Assembly (NCBI GenBank): GCA_964406775.1
Contig: CAYOSW010000005.1
Span: forward strand, 1,362-65,361
Direction: 5' to 3'
DNA length: 64,000 nucleotides
DNA from: an uncultured Gammaproteobacteria bacterium
GTDB lineage: Bacteria; Patescibacteriota; Microgenomatia; Daviesbacterales; UBA10151
Part shown: positions 38,864 to 48,183 of the stretch, piece by piece
Layout: each line of letters opens with the position of its first letter
Numbering within the stretch: the first letter of the stretch is position 1
Translations under genes and position numbers: made by a program
The notes under the pieces: model-generated
What the model was told of the DNA's origin: nothing
Databases searched by the model: none
Seen by the model: the letters and a program-made list of their open reading frames with translations, nothing else

Positions 38864-39259
38864 TTAAGCTACAGAGTCTAAAAAATTTTGCAGAATGATA
38901 ACTGCCGAATAAGCGTCTTCTTTTTTCCGGGACTTCTCACTCATTCCCAGATCAATCATCATATCCTTTGCCGAACTTGAACTTAAAGTTTCATCAACTT
39001 CAATTACCGAAACCTGCTTTTCTCCGAGATCTGTTTTGAGTTTTGCGATAAATTTTTTGACCGCGCTCCTTGACTCCCCGCTTTCGGCCACACCGATAAT
39101 AACCCGGCCGATTTCCTCCTTTTGAATAACGCTTAAGATTTTATTTACGGCATCGGCAAGTCCCGAAATTTCAATAACCTTAAGCGGCGAAGCAATCTGT
39201 CCTTCCGAAAGAGCAAGACCTATTTTCTTCAAACCGTAATCGATCCCGAGATAACGCAT
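38864..39259 (-). CDS. ruvX: YqgF/RuvX family RNase H-fold nuclease
   Basis: LGIDYGLKKIGLA, VDETLSS, DAYSAVIILQ. Confidence 0.93.
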   Translation of the reverse strand: MRYLGIDYGLKKIGLALSEGQIASPLKVIEISGLADAVNKILSVIQKEEIGRVIIGVAESGESRSAVKKFIAKLKTDLGEKQVSVIEVDETLSSSSAKDMMIDLGMSEKSRKKEDAYSAVIILQNFLDSVA

Positions 39260-39269
39260 TTAGAAGAAA

Positions 39270-39521
39270 TTATACATTAATTTCCAGTTTTAATACCTGA
39301 ATTTTAGTCTCCCGTTTCCAACTTTTTATTTCCGCTTCCCTTTTTAAGGCCTCGGACTTACTTTCAAGTTCTTCCGAATATATTATTTTTACCGGAGGAT
39401 GGGAGCGGGTATAGCTTCCGCCTTTGCCCCTTTCGTGATCTTTAAATCTCTTTTCCAGGTTATTTGTTAATCCTGTATAAAGACTTTGATCCGAGCATAA
39501 GAGTATATAGACAAACCACAT
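39270..39521 (-). CDS. GIY-YIG nuclease family protein (UPF0213)
   Basis: FVYILLCSDQSLYTG, RFKDH, KREAEIK. Confidence 0.93.
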   Translation of the reverse strand: MWFVYILLCSDQSLYTGLTNNLEKRFKDHERGKGGSYTRSHPPVKIIYSEELESKSEALKREAEIKSWKRETKIQVLKLEINV

Positions 39522-39522
39522 A

Positions 39523-40560
39523 TTAACGCAATAATTTTCCTGCGGCAGTATCGACCGACTTTAGGCAATATTCTTTATCTGAATCTGATAATTGACTGCA
39601 AACATTTAACGCCCCGTCTTTATCGTACACCGTTACCACCGCAATCACTCCGTTGATGCAATTTTTACGGTCATCTTCAGTCCCGGTACACAGCAGATCC
39701 GGCTTTATCTCTCCTCTTCGGACCGGCTGGGCAAAAGCAAACCCCAGGCCGTTAAAACATCCGCTCCTCTCTGTCCCATCGGCTATCAATGAGCAGGAGT
39801 GACTCACCTCTTTATACGGCACGCGGCTGTAGTTATATAGAAGCTTGTACCGGTAACACGCAGCGGGAGAGCCGAGACCGGCACAGGGCTCCTCAAACTG
39901 CGGATTTTTATCCGTATTTTCGGTAAAATACTGCATAAATACACCGTTGTCACAGTCAAAAACCTGCTCAGGATCTTTGAAATCATCACAATAAGAAAGC
40001 GCTTTCTTTAAATTATTTTCGGACAATGCGAAAAGCGCGTGACCTATACCGTGAGGACAAATCCCGCTACCGCCTTTTACCGATTTCCCGCTTTTAGAGC
40101 AGACATCCCTAATTATTCCTCCCAGCTGATCAATTGCGATATGCCCGTCCGCTGATGTTCCTTTTTTGCCTATCTCTGCAGTAAACGCCCCGGATATTAC
40201 TCCGTGCAGACAACCATAGGTGCATTTATCCGAGCAAATAAGCATTGCCTGCTCGATATCATTTGTTTTCTGATAAATTACCCGGCCGATGTTATGACCT
40301 TTAATATGGCATTGGGATTCACTGCCGACCGCCTCCAGCATTTTTTCCGGACCCAGCAAATCATAATATTCATCAATAATCTTAACCGGAATCTCCTGCC
40401 TGCCTGCCTTTGAGCTGATTTGCTTAAAAGCGATAAGAGCTTCCTCAGTATCTTTCCCTTTTCCGGGGATTAACTTATTTAAAATAAAAAACACCCCTGC
40501 CAGGCTCAAAAAAACTATCGCAAAAACTAAAACTGCCGGTTTATATCCGATCTTCTTCAC
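39523..40560 (-). CDS. membrane-anchored Cys/His-rich repeat protein
   Basis: CHIKGHNIG, GCLHG, CPHGIGH, C..G repeats. Confidence 0.85.
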   Translation of the reverse strand: MKKIGYKPAVLVFAIVFLSLAGVFFILNKLIPGKGKDTEEALIAFKQISSKAGRQEIPVKIIDEYYDLLGPEKMLEAVGSESQCHIKGHNIGRVIYQKTNDIEQAMLICSDKCTYGCLHGVISGAFTAEIGKKGTSADGHIAIDQLGGIIRDVCSKSGKSVKGGSGICPHGIGHALFALSENNLKKALSYCDDFKDPEQVFDCDNGVFMQYFTENTDKNPQFEEPCAGLGSPAACYRYKLLYNYSRVPYKEVSHSCSLIADGTERSGCFNGLGFAFAQPVRRGEIKPDLLCTGTEDDRKNCINGVIAVVTVYDKDGALNVCSQLSDSDKEYCLKSVDTAAGKLLR

Positions 40561-40607
40561 AAAGCTATCATAGGGGAAAACTTCGAAGCGATCAAAGAGG
40601 GCTGCAC

Positions 40608-41096
40608 TTACGGAGTATAAGAATTCAAAGGATCAATTTTAGGTACAAGCTCCGTTATCGCCCGGATTGTATCTCTTGGCCTATAAATACTGCCTTCCTC
40701 GGGGAGCTGTAGGCCTTTTCGGGATAAGTTTTGCGTAGTCCAAATCGTATACGCACCTATCTCATTTCCCGCCCTGATTTCCTCCTCCAGATTATCACCA
40801 ACCACTGCACTCCCCTGAGGCTCCACACCCATTCCCACCAAAAGAGCTCCGAAATCCTTCCTCGGTCTGCCTGATCTGAAATCTAAGATCTCCACTGTCG
40901 AGAAAAAACGGGTTAAACCAAAAGCGGCTAATTCATCTTCCCTGGAACTTGCATACCGGGCAATAGTAACTAAAGCCAGTCTGATTTCACGGTCTCTTAA
41001 CTGCTGGAGCACATCAACAACCCCTGGAAAGAGTTGTTTTGTGTCAGGATTGCCTAAAGTTCTGCCGAAATCAAACACCACCGCTTCAATTTTCAT
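40608..41096 (-). CDS. HAD family hydrolase
   Basis: VVFDFGRTL, FPGV, VVGD....EI.AG..IG. Confidence 0.85.
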   Translation of the reverse strand: MKIEAVVFDFGRTLGNPDTKQLFPGVVDVLQQLRDREIRLALVTIARYASSREDELAAFGLTRFFSTVEILDFRSGRPRKDFGALLVGMGVEPQGSAVVGDNLEEEIRAGNEIGAYTIWTTQNLSRKGLQLPEEGSIYRPRDTIRAITELVPKIDPLNSYTP

Positions 41097-41138
41097 CGGA
41101 GGATTATACTAAAGAGGATCAATAGAGTCGCAGTTTAC

Positions 41139-41154
41139 GGTTGCGGGGAGTGGA
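41139..41154 (-). repeat. degenerate copy of tRNA-Met 3' end (att-like)
   Basis: TCCACTCCCCGCAACC vs tRNA TCCATTCCCCGCAAC. Confidence 0.65.
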
Positions 41155-41228
41155 ACAGATTAGGAATTGTTTTCTTGCATAGTATAATTTGCCGTTAGTA
41201 ATCATTAATATATTCGGATAATAATTAG

Positions 41229-42215
41229 ATGAAAGAACCTGGATCTGGTAAGCAAATTAATTTTTTAGATGGCTATCAACTAGTATCAGTTAGAAGTGGA
41301 TACAATAACGAAATTGGTATTTGGGAACAACCAGAAAAACCACGAATTGTTACCCGGAAGCTCAGAGAAATGGGTTCTGAATATGCTGATTTATCTGTAC
41401 TATCCCCCTCTTTAAGTCCCGATAAGCTAGAGAAAGAATTCGTATTACTCAGATTCCTTGAAGGTCGACACCTGCCGATAGCAAGGTGTCTCTATCATGA
41501 GCCGTCCATATCAGTATATGAGTGGGCCGCTGGGAAAGAACTTGATTTTGAAGAGTTTAAACAACACCCTATCAAACAAAGGGTAACAATGGGAACTAAC
41601 TTGGGCGGATTTTTAGGAAAATTTCATAACTCACAGAAAAGTAGCGAAGGCCAGAAATTGATCAATCAGGTTCCGGGTCAATTTGGCCATACTACTCTTA
41701 GAGAAAAACATCTGTGGAGGCTTGATTCAAGTATTAGGTATTTAGAACAACAAGGGGCAATCGATGGAGATACGGCAAAAAGAGTTAGGACCCTAGGAAC
41801 AAGTCGGATCAATCAAGTTCCAGAAACTTCATTTAGAGTTATCCATGGAGATTTATATTCACGAAACATATTTATAGATCCTAATAATTTCGACATTACT
41901 GCTGTTATAGACTGGATTGATGCATCAGAGGTAGATGATCCTTACGCAGATTTACTCTTAACGGCAAGGTGGTATGGTTTTAATGATGATTTAACAGATC
42001 TTGATCTCCAATCGAATAGAGATTCTTTCTATAGTGTTATTCGAGGATATGAAGACCTAACCCACACTAAGGTAGAACAGGATCCACTAGAATTGTTTAA
42101 AACTTATGATTTATTGTGGCATATGAGGGTTTTGGTTGCGGAACAAGCTAAGAGAAATAATCAAATCGTAAAACAGTTTGGAGCAACACTACATAACCTT
42201 CTAAAACAAATGTAA
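41229..42215 (+). CDS. aminoglycoside phosphotransferase (APH)/choline-kinase-like protein
   Basis: IHGDLYSRNIFI, VIDW, DPYADL. Confidence 0.88.
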   Translation: MKEPGSGKQINFLDGYQLVSVRSGYNNEIGIWEQPEKPRIVTRKLREMGSEYADLSVLSPSLSPDKLEKEFVLLRFLEGRHLPIARCLYHEPSISVYEWAAGKELDFEEFKQHPIKQRVTMGTNLGGFLGKFHNSQKSSEGQKLINQVPGQFGHTTLREKHLWRLDSSIRYLEQQGAIDGDTAKRVRTLGTSRINQVPETSFRVIHGDLYSRNIFIDPNNFDITAVIDWIDASEVDDPYADLLLTARWYGFNDDLTDLDLQSNRDSFYSVIRGYEDLTHTKVEQDPLELFKTYDLLWHMRVLVAEQAKRNNQIVKQFGATLHNLLKQM

Positions 42216-42287
42216 TAGTATTTCTCAAAGATCGTTCGTTGAATGCCTAACCTACTATTTTACTGTAATAATTGAAGCTAAAATACT

Positions 42288-42305
42288 TGGTTGCGGGGAA
42301 TGGAT
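42288..42305 (-). repeat. copy of tRNA-Met 3' end with CCA (att-like)
   Basis: ATCCATTCCCCGCAACCA; 16 nt identical to 42414-42429. Confidence 0.8.
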
Positions 42306-42414
42306 GAATACGAATTTGCTGCGCAAATTTCCGAACCAAATCAGAGATTTGCTTGAATCCACCGTCCCAGAAAAAAAGAAAAATCCCGCAAATGCGGGAT
42401 GGGTTTTCTTTTTG

Positions 42415-42486
42415 TTGCGGGGAATGGATTCGAACCATTGACCTTGAGATTATGAGCCTCACGAGCTACCACTGCTCTACCCCGCG
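42415..42486 (-). tRNA. tRNA-Met(CAT), initiator-like (C1:A72), CCA not encoded
   Basis: CGCGGGG acceptor, GAGC-AGTGGTA-GCTC D arm, TGAGG-CTCATAA-TCTCA, AATGG-TTCGAAT-CCATT. Confidence 0.95.
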
Positions 42487-42505
42487 AGTGAATTATACTC
42501 CTAAG

Positions 42506-42859
42506 CTAGTGAAGAAACAACCTTAGCCAGCCTTGCCAGTTCGGAATTTTAATTTCAGGGGGTTTAACATCGGGGGTCAGAACCTTATCCACCATTTCCT
42601 GGGGAATAATTACAACTGTTTCGTTCGGAAGCGACATATTTAAGTCGTTCCGGGCAATTTCCTCTACGGAATCATAGCTTTCAGCCTGGGCCAGCTCTTT
42701 TTTTAGCTGTTTATTGTCCCTTTCAAGGCTTCCGACATCCTCCAGTAACTGGTTCAAACGTTTGTCACTGCCCAAAGCAAACGAGATCTGCTTGACCAAT
42801 CCGATCAAGATGACAATAGCCACAATAATAATAACTATGACAGACAATTTTTTATACAT
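42506..42859 (-). CDS. septum formation initiator family (FtsB/DivIC-like)
   Basis: TM + coiled coil, VEEIARNDLNMSLPNETVVI. Confidence 0.85.
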   Translation of the reverse strand: MYKKLSVIVIIIVAIVILIGLVKQISFALGSDKRLNQLLEDVGSLERDNKQLKKELAQAESYDSVEEIARNDLNMSLPNETVVIIPQEMVDKVLTPDVKPPEIKIPNWQGWLRLFLH

Positions 42860-43017
42860 TTGGATTACTATTGCGTTATGAACTCATCATTTAATGCGTA
42901 TTTCCCAAAACCTGCTTTCAGATCAAAAAAATCCCTTTTCACCGCTTCAATTTAATCCTATAATTATTATTCATTACTTGACATTCGGTTTGCTAAATTA
43001 TAATATTATGGGACATT

Positions 43018-43887
43018 ATGATTAGCCTTAAAGACGCACATCAGCAGTTCGTTGGCCATTTAAAGGGCAGAAACCGGGCTGCAGCTACAATTCTAGCTTA
43101 CGGTAAAGACATTGAGCAACTCATTAACTTTTTAGTTTCAAACGGAAGAGAGATGTCTGAGAGTGTTTTGACCGAAGATTTAAAGCTTTTTATGGATAAA
43201 TTGAGCAAGGAAAACTACACTCCTAAATCAATTTCCAGAAAAACCAATTCGACAAAAACTTTCTTTAAATTCTTAAAAACTTCAAATTTGATCCCGGATG
43301 ATCCGGCCAGATCCTTAGAACACCCTAAATTTGAGAATAAACCGCCGAGAATCTTATCCGAACTTGAATACCGGGCGTTAAGGGACGCTTCCCGCTCCGA
43401 TTTAAGAATGTTTGCGATCATCGAACTTTTCCTGCAAACCGGAATCAGAATCGGAGAACTTGCCAAACTTCAGGTTGGTGATGCGGATCTTGATTCCAGT
43501 TCACCTTCCCTGCACATCCGCCCGGAAGAAGGAACAGTCGAAAGAACCATTCCCTTGAATAAACCTGCAGTTGAATCCATCAGAAAATACTTACAGGTCA
43601 GACCTCAAACAGCAAACCTGGCACTGTTTGTCACCAAAACCGGAAAACCTTTACTTATAAGAAACATCAGAACCGCAATCGACAGATATTTCCGCCTTGC
43701 AGGTATTAAAGAGGCCAAAGTTAATGATTTAAGACACACCTGGATTGCTCATCACTTAAAGGCAGGAACTTCTCTGCTCTTAATTTCTAAATTGGCCGGA
43801 CATAAAAGAGTTTCTACTACCGAAAGATATTTACAATTCATTCAGGGAAAAACTACCGAAGGTAAAATCACCCTCGACGAACTCTAA
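43018..43887 (+). CDS. XerC/XerD-like tyrosine recombinase
   Basis: SAM-like N-domain, TGIRIGEL, NDLRHT, AGHKRVSTTERY. Confidence 0.92.
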   Translation: MISLKDAHQQFVGHLKGRNRAAATILAYGKDIEQLINFLVSNGREMSESVLTEDLKLFMDKLSKENYTPKSISRKTNSTKTFFKFLKTSNLIPDDPARSLEHPKFENKPPRILSELEYRALRDASRSDLRMFAIIELFLQTGIRIGELAKLQVGDADLDSSSPSLHIRPEEGTVERTIPLNKPAVESIRKYLQVRPQTANLALFVTKTGKPLLIRNIRTAIDRYFRLAGIKEAKVNDLRHTWIAHHLKAGTSLLLISKLAGHKRVSTTERYLQFIQGKTTEGKITLDEL

Positions 43888-43899
43888 ACCCACAAACTT

Positions 43900-44403
43900 A
43901 TGTCCAAAGATATAATCAGGCCTCCGATGCCGGAAAGAAGTGTTATTGTACCTGTAGAAAGCTTTGGTATGCTACGAAGAGAAGATTTGACACCAGCTTT
44001 CCACCTCTTTGAATACAGGTTTGCGCAACTTACTAGATATATCATTGGGCGTGACTACAAGGGACCTGCATTACCTGAAGGAGTTCAAGAAGTACACAGC
44101 AGAATCCTGGCAGCAGAGGATTCACTGACTCCTGATGGACAGCTCGTAGGATATGCAAAAGTAGGTTATCAAACTCATAATCCAAATGACAAATATTTAG
44201 GCATTGCTTTCGATGGCAAAAGGGGTGTTTTTGCTCAAGCTGAACCTCGATATACCCATCCTGATTTACCATCCGGAATAGATGCATATCATCCTGGATT
44301 TGAGTATTTAGAAATGAATTACTATCCAACCGGAAGTGAAGTTGATTTAGGTAAATTATTAGGAATCCAAGAGAGATTCCAGTGTTTTGTACCTAATCAA
44401 TGA
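43900..44403 (+). CDS. hypothetical protein
   Basis: 167 aa ATG ORF directly after recombinase. Confidence 0.65.
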   Translation: MSKDIIRPPMPERSVIVPVESFGMLRREDLTPAFHLFEYRFAQLTRYIIGRDYKGPALPEGVQEVHSRILAAEDSLTPDGQLVGYAKVGYQTHNPNDKYLGIAFDGKRGVFAQAEPRYTHPDLPSGIDAYHPGFEYLEMNYYPTGSEVDLGKLLGIQERFQCFVPNQ

Positions 44404-44894
44404 TTCAAGGTCATTAAAAGTTTATTGTATTCCTTGCTTATTTCCAGATCTTCAAATCCTAATTTTCTATAAAGGGCAACGGCCGGCTCGTTCTCAGGCG
44501 AAACCGAAAGCCAGAATTTCGGATGAGGGTGTTTTTTATATTCTTCCGAATCTTTAAAATCAGCCATAACCTCTTCCGTAAACGGAAGCGCCAATCCTTT
44601 TCCGCGCGCCTTACCGTACAAACGGATAGCAAATGAGATTCCGTATTCTGAAGGGCTCTCCCGGTTTAAATAAAGATCCAAGTCGTGGAACCAGATTATT
44701 CCCAGCAGATTATCTTCATCATCAACCAGAGTATAGTAACTAAGAATTTCTTTTGAGAATTCGTCGAAGCTTTCCCTATTTTTAAATCTCTTCGGATCGG
44801 ATGTATATTTTAATCCTTCGTCAGTTGCCGCGTAATTTATGAGTTGGGAAATCTGCTTATCGGTAATGCCTTTTTTAATTTTGTAATCTTCCAT
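44397..44894 (-). CDS. GNAT family N-acetyltransferase
   Basis: ARGKGLA, LSVSPENEPAVALYRKLGF. Confidence 0.9.
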   Translation of the reverse strand: MEDYKIKKGITDKQISQLINYAATDEGLKYTSDPKRFKNRESFDEFSKEILSYYTLVDDEDNLLGIIWFHDLDLYLNRESPSEYGISFAIRLYGKARGKGLALPFTEEVMADFKDSEEYKKHPHPKFWLSVSPENEPAVALYRKLGFEDLEISKEYNKLLMTLNH

Positions 44895-44913
44895 AAGATC
44901 TCCCCTCCATAAC

Positions 44914-44942
44914 TTGTTTTGATATCACGCTTGCCGTAAAAT
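44914..44942 (+). promoter_or_regulatory. promoter for tRNA-Ile
   Basis: TTGTTT-17-TAAAAT. Confidence 0.55.
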
Positions 44943-44953
44943 ATCAACATTCT

Positions 44954-45028
44954 GCGCGGATAGCTCAGCGGTAGAGCGGTTGTCTTATACACAATTGGTC
45001 CCAGGTTCAAATCCTGGTCCGCGCACCA
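44954..45028 (+). tRNA. tRNA-Ile(TAT)
   Basis: GCGCGGA/TCCGCGC acceptor, GCTC/GAGC D stem, GTTGT-CT[TAT]AC-ACAAT, CCAGG-TTCAAAT-CCTGG, ACCA end. Confidence 0.9.
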
Positions 45029-45031
45029 AAT

Positions 45032-47398
45032 TTAAAGTCGTGCCCGTTCTGAAATATTTGCCTCAACCGCGGCCCGGTCTCTCCCGTATGTCAGCCTGGA
45101 TAGTTCGCGTATCGCCCGCCCGACTTCAGGACGGCGCATTTTTTGCCATTCCTCATAGGACGGGAATGTCGTGTCTACGGAGAAAGGATGAACGGGCTCT
45201 CCCTGCACCTGGGTTTTTACATAGATGTGGCGCGCTTCAATATTAACCAGATCCTGCTCATTAAAAGTAGGCGCAAACTCGTGCTGGAGGAAGTTGGCAT
45301 CGGTGACACCGACACGGAAAGCGATCACCGTACCGACGTTACCGAAAACGGCATTTTTTAACTCCTCGCCTATCTGACCTATAAATTGGTTAGCGACGGT
45401 TAAATTCAGCTTATATTTACGCGCCTCGGCCAAAATTTCAGCAAAAGTGTCGGTTGCGAAGTTTTGGAACTCATCAACGTACAGGAAAAAGTCGCGTCTT
45501 TGTTCCTGAGGAATATCGGTTCGGCTCATTGCAGCGGCTAAAATCTTCGGAACCAGAACCAGCCCTAAAAAGTTTGAATATTCATCCCCGATCCTCCCTT
45601 TTGATAAATTCACAATCAGAATCTTTCCCTGGTCCATAACCTGACGCAGATTGAACGAAGAGACAGATTGGCCGATGATATTTCTCATCATCATATTGGT
45701 AACAAACCGCCCGAACTTTGATACGTTATAATCCAAAATTTCCGATTTATGGAATTCTGCAGTTTGGGCAATCTGGTCGGTCCAATACCTGCGGACAACC
45801 GGATCCTGAACGTAGGGCAAAAGCTCCTTTACGAATTCCGGATCAGTCAAAACACGTACCACCTCAAGAAAAGTATTGCCGGGTTTACTCATACAGGTCA
45901 GCATCGCATTACGGACGTTATGCTCAAACCTCGGCCCGATAATACCGGTTTTATGAGGATCATAAAGCTTGTACATCAGTCCGATGATTGAAGCAACCAC
46001 AAAGTGTTTTTGCTCCTCGGTTGTGGCTTCAAGCATATTCAAACCGAAGGGGCGGGCAGAATCAGAGGGGTCAAAATAAATTACATCCTGGGCGCGGTTG
46101 GGCGGAATCCTCTCCAACATATCTTCCGCCGCATCTCCGTGGGGATCAATAAAACAAATACCCCGACCGGCATAAATATCCTGAATCATCATAGACTTTA
46201 AAAGCTCGGTTTTTCCGGTACCGGTTCTTCCGATGATATACATATGCCTTTGACGGTCAAAATCGGAAATAAACACCGGCCGTTCCTGACCCCGGAATTT
46301 CGATTTACCGATATAAAGACCTTTTGTCGGAATTTTTTCAGGAGGAGGGGCCGATTTGGCGGGAAGCCACTGAATATGCGGAGTTTCAACTTGTTTATTC
46401 GGTAAGTGGAAAAGCGAGGAAATCTCGTCCGCAGTTAAAACGGAAAGTTTATCAAATCTGGGTAGATATCTGTAAACAAAATCTCTGATAAAGCCTTTTT
46501 GTGAAGGAATTTTGGCTCCAGTAAAGCCGTTATACGGCCCGTTAAACTGCTCAAAAGCCGCTTTAATGTTGCCTAAATGAGCCTTAGCGGCTTCCTCCGA
46601 AGTCGAGGATGTAACAATCCGAACTATGGTTGAAAATCCGGCTTTAGTTATCTTTCCCTCGACTGCCTCAAGCTGTTTCTGATCCGGAGGAGCTTTCGGC
46701 TTCTCACCGTCTCCCGGATCGCGCTCCTTTTTCAGGAATTTCTTTCCCGAATTCTTAAAGTCATCGCCTGCAGGAGCTATAAGTAATTGAATTACCGCCC
46801 CTTCTCCCTGCTGCATTTTTCCGAGTGCTGAGGTAATACCTGATAACGGATCTGTCGGAAGCTCCTTATAAGTTTTTATCGGAAAATAATCGGAAGATTT
46901 AAGTTTGTAAGCGGTATAGGCAACCTTGCCGGTTTCCGAAAAAATATTATATTCAGGAACTTCTTTTACCGATGCGTCCGGATATGCTCCGTTGATTTGT
47001 TTTTCAATTAAATCCTGGTATTTTTTATGGCAGGCGACGTAAAATCTGATCGATTCCGGCAGCGCCACAATCTCAAAGGCAATATGAGGTTGGGGCTTTA
47101 AGTCCTTAAACATCCCCAAAAATCCTCCCGCTCCGATTTTTATGGAATACAGAGCTGAGATAAACTGCTCGGCCGCGTCAATTTTTACTTCATTGGCCTT
47201 AGGAACGGTAATTTGCAGCAGTACAAACCCCAATGAATATTTCTCCCGCTCCCGGTATTTATACAGATTCTTAAAATATGGATAAAAATATATCAAAAAA
47301 CCAATCAGAATGAGTGTTCCGAACAGGGCGACTAAAACCAAAACTGCAAAAAACAATAAGTCCGGTCCCTGAGCAACAGTAGTTTGAGTAACTTCCAT
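45032..47398 (-). CDS. VirB4/TraG-HerA-like P-loop ATPase (type IV secretion-like, CPR-conserved)
   Basis: HMYIIGRTGTGKT, IDPHGD, LYVDEFQNF, EARKY, ANQF. Confidence 0.88.
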   Translation of the reverse strand: MEVTQTTVAQGPDLLFFAVLVLVALFGTLILIGFLIYFYPYFKNLYKYREREKYSLGFVLLQITVPKANEVKIDAAEQFISALYSIKIGAGGFLGMFKDLKPQPHIAFEIVALPESIRFYVACHKKYQDLIEKQINGAYPDASVKEVPEYNIFSETGKVAYTAYKLKSSDYFPIKTYKELPTDPLSGITSALGKMQQGEGAVIQLLIAPAGDDFKNSGKKFLKKERDPGDGEKPKAPPDQKQLEAVEGKITKAGFSTIVRIVTSSTSEEAAKAHLGNIKAAFEQFNGPYNGFTGAKIPSQKGFIRDFVYRYLPRFDKLSVLTADEISSLFHLPNKQVETPHIQWLPAKSAPPPEKIPTKGLYIGKSKFRGQERPVFISDFDRQRHMYIIGRTGTGKTELLKSMMIQDIYAGRGICFIDPHGDAAEDMLERIPPNRAQDVIYFDPSDSARPFGLNMLEATTEEQKHFVVASIIGLMYKLYDPHKTGIIGPRFEHNVRNAMLTCMSKPGNTFLEVVRVLTDPEFVKELLPYVQDPVVRRYWTDQIAQTAEFHKSEILDYNVSKFGRFVTNMMMRNIIGQSVSSFNLRQVMDQGKILIVNLSKGRIGDEYSNFLGLVLVPKILAAAMSRTDIPQEQRRDFFLYVDEFQNFATDTFAEILAEARKYKLNLTVANQFIGQIGEELKNAVFGNVGTVIAFRVGVTDANFLQHEFAPTFNEQDLVNIEARHIYVKTQVQGEPVHPFSVDTTFPSYEEWQKMRRPEVGRAIRELSRLTYGRDRAAVEANISERARL

Positions 47399-47427
47399 AG
47401 TGAATTTAGTATTTTATCATCAAGCCG

Positions 47428-47859
47428 TCAGTTGTGTAGCCAATCGACAAATTTTTTAACGGGTCCACGGTTATCTTTTTTCGGCTCAGTTGCAAACTGC
47501 ATCCTCCTGTCCTCTTTCTCAGCTCTTTGGGTCGTAAAGTGATGCGCCTCGCCCACAACGTGGGTCCGGCCGGTGACCAGTTGGTCGGCATAATCTAAAT
47601 GCTCAGAGAGAGTTTTCAGAGGAGACAGCGCTGTTTCCGGCGATCTAAAACTCCCCGGAATTTTGTTTTCCATATCGATTTTACCCTGATCTATAATATT
47701 TTCGGCAGGCTGATCAGGGACGTGCACAGGCTTGACCGCTTCGTATGTCACCGGAACTCCCGCATTTTGCAAATTCCCGGCTACGGATTTCTGGAGATCA
47801 TTAAGACGGGTTTCCGTATATGTAATTTGGGCACTAGGCTGGGCAGGTACTTCGGCCAT
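47428..47859 (-). CDS. hypothetical protein
   Basis: ATG ORF with TATAAT-N6 upstream. Confidence 0.7.
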   Translation of the reverse strand: MAEVPAQPSAQITYTETRLNDLQKSVAGNLQNAGVPVTYEAVKPVHVPDQPAENIIDQGKIDMENKIPGSFRSPETALSPLKTLSEHLDYADQLVTGRTHVVGEAHHFTTQRAEKEDRRMQFATEPKKDNRGPVKKFVDWLHN

Positions 47860-47892
47860 AAGATCATTATAAACAAAGCTGAGTGTTAAAGT

Positions 47893-48183
47893 CTAAGCAA
47901 GGTTAGGTAAAACACACACAACTCTTCCTAATATTCTTTTTCTTTCAATCCAGGGGTAAGACTTGGAGTCATTACTGTTATCCCCCTTTACTAAAATAAG
48001 CTTATTCTTAGCCTCCGCAACTCTTTTAACAATCACTTTATCCCCGTCTCTGAAGGCAATCAGGTGTCCTTTTTTTGGATTCAAAAATAAATAAGGCAAC
48101 CCCGTTACCAATATTTCCTGACCCGGATTTAGCACGGGCTGCATACTGTGACCGGAAACTTTAAAACGGGACAGAACGATCAT
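47893..48183 (-). CDS. sodX: nickel-SOD maturation peptidase (S26 family)
   Basis: VSGHSMQP, VKRV, KGDN...SKSY; adjacent to sodN. Confidence 0.85.
   Translation of the reverse strand: MIVLSRFKVSGHSMQPVLNPGQEILVTGLPYLFLNPKKGHLIAFRDGDKVIVKRVAEAKNKLILVKGDNSNDSKSYPWIERKRILGRVVCVLPNLA

Noticed and set aside
42247-42462. 71-aa ORF (likewise 44980-45246)
   Set aside because: Overlaps a tRNA gene.
42979-43017. dif-like half site TTATGGGACAT upstream of the recombinase
   Set aside because: No matching left arm at 6-bp spacing; better explained as promoter sequence (TTGACA..TATAAT).
43018-43887. Recombinase as the integrase of the tRNA-Met islets
   Set aside because: Lies outside the att repeats, beyond a core ftsB-like gene; trans action not excluded but unsupported.
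44981-44995. Reading the tRNA as Val(TAC)
   Set aside because: The 5-bp stem and U33 place TAT at positions 34-36.
45032-47398. ICE/conjugative element around the VirB4-like ATPase
   Set aside because: No relaxase or other T4SS genes and no att repeat of the adjacent tRNA seen.
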